Positions 41,136-49,256 of a stretch of 64,000 nucleotides of DNA are shown here, piece after piece. Position 1 is the stretch's first letter. Every line of letters starts with the position of its first letter. The stretch is from Elusimicrobiota bacterium (GTDB lineage Bacteria > Elusimicrobiota > Elusimicrobia > Elusimicrobiales > UBA9959), in NCBI GenBank assembly GCA_027340875.1, contig DAIENX010000038.1:1-64000 (forward strand), read 5' to 3'. A program made the position numbers and the translations under genes. The notes under the pieces were generated by a model. It saw only the letters and a list, made by a program, of their open reading frames with translations. It made no database searches and was not told the origin of the DNA.

Positions 41136-41648
41136 TCACACAAAGACCCTTTGCGAATCGAATGCCACGCCGTAGCGCATTGTGAAATACTCGGCCCGGG
41201 CCAGCTTGTGCGCCAATGCGTTGTGCGCTATCATGGCTTTCGCGCGCTGTCGCTTGCGCTCGTAGAATTTCCTGGGTGCCTCATGATAGCGTCGATACCT
41301 TGCGGCAAGTTCTCTCGACGCGCCTTGATGTCATTGCACTGCGGCAAGATCGCAAGCCGCAGCATCTCGGGCAGCCAGAAGGGGTCGTGCCTGTCGTCGG
41401 CGTATTTCAGGCCGCTGTACTTCTGTATCTCTGCGGGATTGGCCAGGCGCACGTCATAGCCTTCCGCCATCGGCGCGTCCACCAGCCAATACCAGTTGTA
41501 GGTGGACTCGACGATCACGCCGGAAACAGCGCTTTTGTGCGGTTTCAGCGCGGCCAGGATCGCCGCTTCGTCGTTGGGCAGCTTCTTCTGGTAGACACGG
41601 CGGCCGGTTCCTGCTTGAATGCAGGTCTATACCTGTGTACAATTTCAT
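41136..41648 (-). pseudogene. IS110-family transposase/recombinase pseudogene (frameshifts plus internal deletion)
   Basis: MKLYTGIDLHS; IVESTYNWYWLVD...LANP...KYADDRHD; C-terminal FYERK...ALAHKLARA...F in a different frame. Confidence 0.9.
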
Positions 41649-41833
41649 GCGACACCTCCAAGGTTAAGATGGGAGTCTTTACCCTAAGAGCATACCAGAA
41701 CCTAATCCGTTCTGGTATGCTCGGAGGTGCCACTTATATGATTATCAGGTCTTGAATCTTGACATTTACGAAGTACAAAACGTTAACACTTTTTCCTTCC
41801 TACCTACTAAAGCAAAAAACGTAAAATATAAGA

Positions 41834-41866
41834 GTGAAGAAAGTCCACATCATCACGTTCGGATGA
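41834..41866 (+). pseudogene. miaB: 5' fragment of a methylthiotransferase (miaB-like) gene broken at the island boundary
   Basis: GTG-start MKKVHIITFG* in host-like codons matches the MiaB N-terminus (KxxIxTFGCQMN); sequence diverges at the Cys codon; only 10 codons to judge from. Confidence 0.6.
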
Positions 41867-42009
41867 CCTGTGGGGCCGGCTGTACCGGACGGTTTACAAA
41901 TACCTAGAAGCGACGTATGGATGATCTTACCCGCGAGATGTCGTCGCGGGCGTGGCCACTGCGCGGCCCCGCACCGCTCCTTGCCGCATGCCGCGAGATG
42001 CCGCTCGCG

Positions 42010-42123
42010 GGCTCGGCACTTCGCGCCTTCGCTCCGCTCGCTCGCCGCAGGGTGGCCGCTCGTCGGCCACTATGCGGCTCCCCGCTGTTAGGGGTTCGCC
42101 GGCTCGGCACTACGCGCCTTCGC
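42010..42123. repeat. 23-bp direct repeat in a structured non-coding region
   Basis: ggctcggcacttcgcgccttcgc (42010-32) and ggctcggcactacgcgccttcgc (42101-23), 22/23. Confidence 0.75.
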
Positions 42124-42479
42124 ACGGCTCCAGCAAGCGGAGTCCCGCACTTATAACAACCTCCTTCTGCGCGGCCGCCGGCCACATAAACAGTGGCCTT
42201 GGCGGGCCGCTCCCGGGCCGCTTCGCGGCCCGTACAGCGCAGAATTTAATTTTTTTCTTATTTTTAAATTATGGCCACCGGGGGAGGAGAATTTATACGG
42301 GGGCACCTTGGTTAATCAAAAACCCGCCCCGGCCTCGCGTTCGCTCGGCCCTGGCGGGCTTTTCTGTTAAGTTTATGTCGCCCCCGTGGGGCGGGGGAAA
42401 ACAGCAAAGAAAATATGGAGAGGCCAGGGCCAGTAGCCGCTGGCCACGTGGGGGCCGCGGCCCCTGGCCCTGGCCCTCT

Positions 42480-43004
42480 TTATCTCATAAAGAAAGCGAC
42501 TCCCAGAAGTAGCATCGCCCAGTTAATCGCAGTGACAGCCTTGCTCATCAGTCGCACAAAGTAGCCCTTGAGCCCGATTGGGAACCACTCGCCGCATTCG
42601 GGACAGCGATGAATAATCCAGTTGGGGGGCAAAGGCTTAGCGCACTTGTGGCATACGCGGGTATAGCAGGACGGCATTGAGGTCATAATCATATACGGCA
42701 TGTACATGGCAGGACCGAGGGCCACCAGCCAAAACCCCACGGCGGCAGCCACGCCGGCCAATAGGAGTTGTGGGTAAAGGCCTAACTTCGGGTGAACAAA
42801 TCCATGGACGGGTCCATCGTACTTACCCCACGTGAATAGCTCCACCAGCGCATCGGGAAGCACGGTTAGACCCGCTAGTATGCCGAAGCACACGAGAGCA
42901 AGCCCGGCGTAGAAAACAACATGGCCGGGGACCCGCGCTAGCCGCATTAGCGCATAACGGAACTCTCGTTTTGTCTCAAGATCCTCAAGAGTGTTCCCCC
43001 TCAT
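42480..43004 (-). CDS. membrane protein with zinc ribbon
   Basis: Three hydrophobic segments; CHKC...CPEC; AGGAGG RBS. Confidence 0.7.
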   Translation of the reverse strand: MRGNTLEDLETKREFRYALMRLARVPGHVVFYAGLALVCFGILAGLTVLPDALVELFTWGKYDGPVHGFVHPKLGLYPQLLLAGVAAAVGFWLVALGPAMYMPYMIMTSMPSCYTRVCHKCAKPLPPNWIIHRCPECGEWFPIGLKGYFVRLMSKAVTAINWAMLLLGVAFFMR

Positions 43005-43005
43005 A

Positions 43006-43374
43006 TCACAGCCTCCTCATACTGAGTCGATCGGCCCGCGCCAGCTTCTTTAGTAGAACAGTCCCGAGGTTTGGCTTCTTGCTCATTAGCGTCATCACGA
43101 GCTCTGCCGCATCGTTGGCGTCAAACGCTGCCAGAAACTCGTGCTCCGAGACGTTGTATTCTTTTGCGGCCATGAGGATGGCGGTATCTTCTGGGACATC
43201 GCCGGTCACGCATAACTCCTTTATCCTTTCTATCGCCTCACGGGTCACTACCGGTCGAGGCTCCTCGCTCCATATCCGGGAATAGATGTTCCTGTTTAGC
43301 CAAGGGAGCAGCTTCTTTTGGCCAATCCCCCAAAGCACCCATATAACAAAACCCACCCACAGCAAATAATGCAT
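43006..43374 (-). CDS. hypothetical protein with N-terminal TM
   Basis: Operon spacing (1-3 bp gaps); hydrophobic N-terminus. Confidence 0.65.
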   Translation of the reverse strand: MHYLLWVGFVIWVLWGIGQKKLLPWLNRNIYSRIWSEEPRPVVTREAIERIKELCVTGDVPEDTAILMAAKEYNVSEHEFLAAFDANDAAELVMTLMSKKPNLGTVLLKKLARADRLSMRRL

Positions 43375-43377
43375 ATC

Positions 43378-44010
43378 CTACCCCCGCTCGTCGTGCTTCT
43401 CTTTTCTCTCCGTGTTACTGATTGCGGTGTCGTACATTGCATTAAAAGTATCTTTGAATTCTTCGGTGGTCATGCGAACCTTGAAATGCTGCGTTATCAG
43501 GTGGTATGCGTTCGCGAGCGTAAAGGCCAACCCACCCACAATAGCGGTAAGTATCAAGTCTGCCCTGGTCCCCTTAAGCCTTTCCTCCTCAACCATCTCC
43601 CCAATAAGCACATTTTGCTTATGAACAAAGGCGTTTACAGTCGGCTTTATTCTATTGGCGTCGACGGTAGTATCCCGGTCTTTTGGGGCAGGCCAGGGCA
43701 TGGGTATCGCCTCGGCCAGAGCGGGGCCAGCGGTTTTTTTGTAGAAATCTTTAAACGGATTTAATGTCTCTTTCTGTTCGCGTCCTTGCTGTATTTTCGC
43801 AACCAACCCACGAACCATCTTTGCCAACAAAAGAGAGACTTCAGTAGTAAAGGCACTATCGTTCTTGCTCATTGTCCCCGCAACGAACAGGGATATACCA
43901 TTTAAAAAATGCTTTTCTTTCTCTGATATATCGCCGACAATCTCCAGGCGGACGGTTCTTGCGGTCGAGGTTTTCGTATTGCGAAGGTAGCGCATTTTCC
44001 CATCTGGCAT
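43378..44010 (-). CDS. hypothetical protein
   Basis: GGAGGG RBS before ATG at 44010; first gene of a 3-gene operon. Confidence 0.65.
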   Translation of the reverse strand: MPDGKMRYLRNTKTSTARTVRLEIVGDISEKEKHFLNGISLFVAGTMSKNDSAFTTEVSLLLAKMVRGLVAKIQQGREQKETLNPFKDFYKKTAGPALAEAIPMPWPAPKDRDTTVDANRIKPTVNAFVHKQNVLIGEMVEEERLKGTRADLILTAIVGGLAFTLANAYHLITQHFKVRMTTEEFKDTFNAMYDTAISNTERKEKHDERG

Positions 44011-44032
44011 ATGCCCTCCGGCGTCTACATAT

Positions 44033-44071
44033 AGCATAGCAGACGAACCCGACAACCGTCTGTCGGGTTCG
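44033..44071 (-). promoter_or_regulatory. PafBC/WYL-type promoter, copy 1
   Basis: Minus strand CGACA-gacggt-TGTCGG-gttcgtctgc-TATGCT; 11-bp perfect palindrome arms. Confidence 0.7.
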
Positions 44072-44128
44072 ATTTGGGGAAAACCAACTAATTTTAAGTT
44101 TGATGCCTCTCTAGAGGCTTAAAACACA

Positions 44129-45031
44129 CTAGAGAAGAGTAGAACTGTCTGTCTTGGGAGCTTGGAGTTTCTTAAGCATCTCGGCGGCCAATTTTTTTGT
44201 CTTAAGGAAATTGGCCACTTCAGCATACTGTTCAAAGTCATTATCGGAAGACATATTTAAGGAGTCCTTAGTACGCTGGATTGCGTCACTTAGTGGCGTT
44301 TCTTGTGGCTTCCCTTCCAGAAAAGAATCCACATCAAGTTCAAGAAGGGCACGACTTTTCAATGTTTCTTCATCCTGCCCCACTTTCTTTGCAACTTTGG
44401 TATGAGCTTGGGCATCCACAAAAGCAGGCAAAGCGTCTCCGACATTTAACTTAACCGTCTTCTCAAGAATACCTTTAAGAATCCGGTAATCCGAATCTAG
44501 TACAATTGGATCTTTCAAAAACTCATGGAATCCTTCCCAATGATCATCCTGGGATCTAAAATCTTGGGCCATATCCTCCTCAATTGCGCCAATAGGGAAC
44601 AGGTCGTTTAGAAGAGGCAGGATTAAATCAGGATTGCGCCTATAAATTTTAACAAAGCTCTCTATGACTCTGTGATTCCCTGCGTCTCCCGGCATATATT
44701 CATACGCGTCTCTAGCAAGTTCGCCGATTTTTGCTCTAAGAGTGTCGGGCAATTTACCTATGTCCCTTACTTCCAATAAATCCTTGCAGTGATGCCCCAT
44801 ATCCAGTTTGTTGTCGTAGAAATCGAATATGGATCCGAAAAAAGCGGAAATATCACAATCTTCCATATCTCCGCAATGTTCCACAGCCTTATATATCTCC
44901 GAAGTTAACTCTGCGACAAATTCGGGGTCTTGAGTATAAGCCTCTGGCTTTGCCAGCAGCGGATATTGCCCCGCAAACTTAGTTGTAAATTTAGCCATAC
45001 ATTGCCCCCATTCACATTGCCAGAACTCCAT
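44129..45031 (-). CDS. hypothetical protein
   Basis: Long AT-rich ORF, acidic; start uncertain. Confidence 0.6.
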   Translation of the reverse strand: MEFWQCEWGQCMAKFTTKFAGQYPLLAKPEAYTQDPEFVAELTSEIYKAVEHCGDMEDCDISAFFGSIFDFYDNKLDMGHHCKDLLEVRDIGKLPDTLRAKIGELARDAYEYMPGDAGNHRVIESFVKIYRRNPDLILPLLNDLFPIGAIEEDMAQDFRSQDDHWEGFHEFLKDPIVLDSDYRILKGILEKTVKLNVGDALPAFVDAQAHTKVAKKVGQDEETLKSRALLELDVDSFLEGKPQETPLSDAIQRTKDSLNMSSDNDFEQYAEVANFLKTKKLAAEMLKKLQAPKTDSSTLL

Positions 45032-45123
45032 CGACAATCGGAAAGTTAATTATATCACATAGGCGAATACCTCAGGTTTTCAGTTCAAAACCACAGCGTA
45101 GCACCCTAAAAACAGACTTTCCC

Positions 45124-45160
45124 ATCGCGACACACCCTTGTCGGGTTGGCCTGCTAGACT
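45124..45160 (+). promoter_or_regulatory. PafBC/WYL-type promoter, copy 2
   Basis: CGACA-caccct-TGTCGG-gttggcctgc-TAGACT. Confidence 0.72.
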
Positions 45161-45194
45161 ATTTATGTCGGAACCGGCAAAATCAGGAGGCCCT

Positions 45195-45950
45195 ATGGGG
45201 TCAAATAAAGTTCTAAAAGAGCTAGACGAATTAGTGGCGAGAGAAGAACTGACTTTGGCTTTTCAAGTCTTTGTCTCGGCGTGGAACTCAATGCCACGCC
45301 TGCATTCCGAACTGTGGCACAGAGGTTTTTCCATCGCGCTAACCAGCGATGTTCCGGAAATCCAGGATTCATTTATCAAGCAATGCCAGCGGCTTCTCAA
45401 AGAAGAGCCGGATAACTACGACGTGCTGGGGAAAATGGCCGCGCTATATGATGCCAAAGAACTCTATGCTAGGTCGCTGCCTATCTATCAGAGGATGCTT
45501 AAAATGAAGCTGCCTCCAGAAATCTGCCGCGACGTCGAATACTCTTTGGCGATGTTATATAACTCGACGAAGGAGTTTGTACTCGCAAAAAAGTATTTAT
45601 CCTCAGCGCTACTTAAAACCGAAGACGCCCCGGAGTTTTTCACGCCCTACTATGCATTGATGGGCGAAATAGAAGGGAACCTTGGGAATCTTGGAGCCGC
45701 CGTTTATTGGTACGACACGGCCATCACGAACGATCCTTACGACTCATCTTGGCTCCGCAAATGCGCCCTACTGCTGGAAACCACCGGGGCCAAAGAAAAG
45801 GCAAAATCTTATTGGGAACGAATTCTGGCTATTCCCCGAAACAGGCTTGGGGAAATAGTCTGCGATGACGGCAGGCCATACTGGAAAGAGAGTGAATTTA
45901 GAAAAGACCAGAAAATGGCGCGCAAGTACCTGGGGATAGGTACGGATTGA
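45195..45950 (+). CDS. tetratricopeptide-repeat protein
   Basis: AGGAGG RBS; TPR-like helices (EPDNYDVLGKMA, GNLGAAVYWYDTAITNDP). Confidence 0.72.
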   Translation: MGSNKVLKELDELVAREELTLAFQVFVSAWNSMPRLHSELWHRGFSIALTSDVPEIQDSFIKQCQRLLKEEPDNYDVLGKMAALYDAKELYARSLPIYQRMLKMKLPPEICRDVEYSLAMLYNSTKEFVLAKKYLSSALLKTEDAPEFFTPYYALMGEIEGNLGNLGAAVYWYDTAITNDPYDSSWLRKCALLLETTGAKEKAKSYWERILAIPRNRLGEIVCDDGRPYWKESEFRKDQKMARKYLGIGTD

Positions 45951-45989
45951 TTGCGACTTCAACCAGCTTATAGATAGAATGAGCACATA

Positions 45990-47132
45990 ATGCATATAAC
46001 TTATCTCATCGGCGCCGGGGCTTCTTGCGCCATTGCGCCCAAAGATATTCCGGGGATGCAAATGTTTGCATCCATGGCCGCGTATTTTCCTAAAGAGATT
46101 GAGCAATTCAAAAAGCTCCTCGTAGAAGCCGGCATATACAAGGAATTTATCTATCCCGGGAACATAATCCGGCCCGGCAGGGCATCGCCGGAGAACATCT
46201 CGTCGTTGAATATCGAGAAACTTCTTCAAGAACTTGAAGATGTCGCATCTTGGGGCACGCACGATCAAGCAGCGGCAGCCGACTCCGCCCACAATCTTAT
46301 CCAGTCTTTACTTACCCGATTGTTTTCTCGCTTAAATTCCGATTTTGTTTCCAAAGCGGATAAGAACCCTTATGACCTTTTAGCTGCCGCCATCGCCGCA
46401 GACCGCCACGGGCACAAACACCATTTCATCTCATTCAACTATGACGTTTGGCTGGAACAGGCACTTCAACGCCACGGGCTCTGGAACCCCGTGAATGGCT
46501 ATTTATCAAATAGCGTCAATCCATTGCCTATTCGTTATATAGCAGCCGCACGGGCCCTTGAGCATTTGCCGTCAAACGAACCGTCGCCCACGCTTGTGCT
46601 AAAACCACACGGGTCACTTTCCTGGCTAACCCCGCAGGACGATCCCTACGGCATTCCGGCGATCCTCCTCGATAAAGACGGTTTAGCCCAAGGAGGAAAA
46701 CACACGGTCGGCACGCCAGAATACCTCCCGCCGGACAGCGATTGCGTTGAAATCATCCACCAATCCCAAAAGATGAAATTCTCACCGTTAATAATACCAC
46801 CGGTGCTGAATAAAGCTGTCGGAGGAGAATTCCTTTACAAAATCCATAAAGCGGTCCAGCGCGAATTCGAAAGCTCCGATGCCGTCGTAATTATTGGTTG
46901 GAGTATGCCGCCGACCGACGCCTCGATACGACAACGGATTGCTGATGGCCTTGCCCCTCGTAGTGATTCAAATAATCTTAAGTGGCTAATTGCCTGCAAT
47001 CTAATGAAAACCGATTTATTCTACAATCGCTACCGTGCGACCATTCCAGCCCAAAGAAGCTTAATGTATGACGATGGTTTTGGAAAAGGCTTCATTATGG
47101 CTGCGCTACAGCGCTTGTGGGAAAACAGATAA
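45990..47132 (+). CDS. SIR2-like (SIR2_2) domain protein
   Basis: LIGAGAS, FISFNYD, LKPHGSL, IIPP, IIGWS motifs. Confidence 0.82.
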   Translation: MHITYLIGAGASCAIAPKDIPGMQMFASMAAYFPKEIEQFKKLLVEAGIYKEFIYPGNIIRPGRASPENISSLNIEKLLQELEDVASWGTHDQAAAADSAHNLIQSLLTRLFSRLNSDFVSKADKNPYDLLAAAIAADRHGHKHHFISFNYDVWLEQALQRHGLWNPVNGYLSNSVNPLPIRYIAAARALEHLPSNEPSPTLVLKPHGSLSWLTPQDDPYGIPAILLDKDGLAQGGKHTVGTPEYLPPDSDCVEIIHQSQKMKFSPLIIPPVLNKAVGGEFLYKIHKAVQREFESSDAVVIIGWSMPPTDASIRQRIADGLAPRSDSNNLKWLIACNLMKTDLFYNRYRATIPAQRSLMYDDGFGKGFIMAALQRLWENR

Positions 47133-47196
47133 ACCGAAGCCTCGAATTCCATTAATCAGCCGATTAGTTGGCAAAAACAGTTTCCGTCCTCATTTT

Positions 47197-47234
47197 CATC
47201 GCGACACACCCTTGTCGGGTTCGCGATGTATACT
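47197..47234 (+). promoter_or_regulatory. PafBC/WYL-type promoter, copy 3
   Basis: CGACA-caccct-TGTCGG-gttcgcgatg-TATACT. Confidence 0.72.
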
Positions 47235-47262
47235 ATTTGTGTAAAAAGAGGGGAACCTATTA

Positions 47263-47532
47263 ATGAAAACCAAGAAATGGCCGACTACCGTCGAAGAAGC
47301 AGTAAAAGAAACACTGGCAATGCTTAGCGCCAAAGATAAGAAGGAAATCGCAAAGATTCCCAAGGGACAGTCATTCTTTCTTCACATGTCGTTGGGGATG
47401 CAGATCCGGAACCGCTTCGGGCTGCACCAAGGGAATCAAGCATTGCTGGCAGCTTGCGACGCCATGGAAGCGGATGGTGCGTCGGAGGTAATACTAGAAG
47501 CACTCTTGAAGGCGTTAAAGTCCGTGAAGTAA
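47263..47532 (+). CDS. small protein, DUF6794-like
   Basis: WPTTVEEAV...HMSLGMQIRNRFGL...ASEVIL. Confidence 0.7.
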   Translation: MKTKKWPTTVEEAVKETLAMLSAKDKKEIAKIPKGQSFFLHMSLGMQIRNRFGLHQGNQALLAACDAMEADGASEVILEALLKALKSVK

Positions 47533-47554
47533 GCGGGAGCAAAAGGGGAATATT

Positions 47555-47860
47555 ATGGGGCAACTATATAGTTTCGACTGTCCTTCCTGCGGATATCACG
47601 CCGAGGTCTCCGGCGGCAAAGACCGCGGCTTCGTCGCGTTCATACAGACCAAGGTATGCCAAGATTGTCGAGAAGTAGTAGACGTCCTAATCGGCAAAGC
47701 AGCCGAGTTAAGCGCAGAGAAAGAAACCTCTATCCCAAAAGCAAAGCAGCAATGCCCGGACTGCAAGGGTCATAACCTCAAGGGCTGGAAAACTCACACC
47801 TGCCCGAAATGCAGTGCAAAAATGAAAAAGGGCGGCGGGGCTATTTGCATGTGGGATTAG
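47555..47860 (+). CDS. small zinc-ribbon protein
   Basis: Four CxxC motifs (CPSC, CQDC, CPDC, CPKC). Confidence 0.72.
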   Translation: MGQLYSFDCPSCGYHAEVSGGKDRGFVAFIQTKVCQDCREVVDVLIGKAAELSAEKETSIPKAKQQCPDCKGHNLKGWKTHTCPKCSAKMKKGGGAICMWD

Positions 47861-47868
47861 GAGGTTAT

Positions 47869-49143
47869 ATGAACTATAAAGACTTTTCCGTTCCCAAGGT
47901 TTCCGGCCGCATCTTCTACCAGTACGCTTACTATCCCTGGCCGGTGAAGCGCAAGCAATTTAAAGCCGCCATAGCTTTCTACAACCGCGGCCTCAAGAAA
48001 GACCCCAAGAACGCTGCCTTCCACCGCTGCAAAGGCTGGTTTTATCATCGGGACGGGAATTATTCCATGGCCCGGGCCTGCTACTCCAAGGCTATTAAGC
48101 TCGCACCCAAGGACCCGCTTGGCTACATGTGGCGCGGCTATCTTAACGCCGAGATGAGCCATCCCAAGAAAGCCTTCGCGGATTACAACAAAGGGCTTGA
48201 GTGCGCTCCGGAAAACGCCATGCTATATTCCTATCGCGGTCAGGCGTACAGGGACATCGGGAGCATCCCCGCAGCGTTAAAAGACTTCGGCAAGGCCGTA
48301 GAACTGGACCCGACATTTATATCCACTTACGGCGAGCGGGGTTGGGTGCACTTCTTCAATAAAGATTTTGATGTCGCAATTGCCGACTTCAACTCTATCT
48401 TACAAATTTCTCCTGCCAACATCGAGGCGCTGGCCGGCTTAAGCTGCGCTTATAGTGAGTCCGGCCTGCACGCAAAGGCCCTCGAGGTTATAAACCGTGC
48501 TATCGAGCTTATGCCAACTTCCGCCGAATTATACAACCACCGTGGTTGGCTTAATAGCGACAGGTTTCCGACGAAAGCAGGGATGGATTTTAAAAAGGCC
48601 GTCGAGCTGGCCCCATATAATTCCTGCATTTTAAACAACTATGCTCTCATGCTGAAGAGCAAAGCTACCGCGATTAAACTTCTTACCAAGGCTATTTCTC
48701 ACGATCACCATGAGGTCGGCTTTTTTATTAACCGAGCCTATCTCTACCTGGAGACCGGCGAGATAAACAACGCGATAGAAGACTATAGCCACGCAATAAC
48801 CCTCAAAGGCGGAGCGCTGGCTTATTCCGGCAGGGCGATCGCCAAGGCCATGCTGGGCAAGTGTGAGTCGGCCCTGGCTGATTTTAATGCAGCCTTTAAA
48901 GACGTAGAGCTGGCGGATTATCTCCTCTGCAACCGCGGGCTTGTACACGCCACAAAAGGCAATTCCGCCACAGCCATTGTTGACTACACCGCGGCGATAG
49001 GCGTAAACCCCAACTGCGCCTCCGCCTACAAGCAGCGCGGGGCCGTATACTTTGACAAGGGGAAATACAGGCTGGCCAAGATTGACGCCGCTAAAGCGCG
49101 TGAATTGGAGAAAGCGAAGGCAGGCACTCCGGTATGGGATTAA
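47869..49143 (+). CDS. tetratricopeptide-repeat protein
   Basis: AGGAGG RBS; about 11 TPR units (YxxRG...A..D...A..L.P). Confidence 0.88.
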   Translation: MNYKDFSVPKVSGRIFYQYAYYPWPVKRKQFKAAIAFYNRGLKKDPKNAAFHRCKGWFYHRDGNYSMARACYSKAIKLAPKDPLGYMWRGYLNAEMSHPKKAFADYNKGLECAPENAMLYSYRGQAYRDIGSIPAALKDFGKAVELDPTFISTYGERGWVHFFNKDFDVAIADFNSILQISPANIEALAGLSCAYSESGLHAKALEVINRAIELMPTSAELYNHRGWLNSDRFPTKAGMDFKKAVELAPYNSCILNNYALMLKSKATAIKLLTKAISHDHHEVGFFINRAYLYLETGEINNAIEDYSHAITLKGGALAYSGRAIAKAMLGKCESALADFNAAFKDVELADYLLCNRGLVHATKGNSATAIVDYTAAIGVNPNCASAYKQRGAVYFDKGKYRLAKIDAAKARELEKAKAGTPVWD

Positions 49144-49256
49144 CTGGCTCATAATATAATTATTATTGCCACCCTGGTAGGGAAGATATAGAATTTAAAC
49201 ATGGCCGGGCCTTGATCAGGCGCGGCTAGAACTTTTTCTCAGTCAGCAGTACAACA

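Larger units (their letters stand above)
40830..41744 (-). mobile_element. internally deleted IS110-family (IS1111-type) insertion sequence
   Basis: Sub-terminal IRs catttaagtggcacc (40832-46) and ggtgccacttatatg (41726-40), 14/15; TCA core at both junctions; joined flanks give tgggtcaggtcttgaatcttgac. Confidence 0.85.

Noticed and set aside
39562..41755. Plus-strand ORFs 39562-40533, 40684-41175 and 41216-41755
   Set aside because: Antisense to real genes or to the IS; no protein-like features
41864..42091. Selenocysteine read-through of the miaB-like TGA into the 41870 ORF
   Set aside because: The in-frame continuation (PVGPAVPDG...) lacks the QMN motif and does not resemble MiaB
41867..42479. 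Group II intron
   Set aside because: No clear GUGYG start, no domain V and no reverse transcriptase ORF seen
45138..45160. TTGTCG as a conventional -35 box
   Set aside because: Only 11 bp from the -10; the spacing fits a PafBC-type -26 element instead
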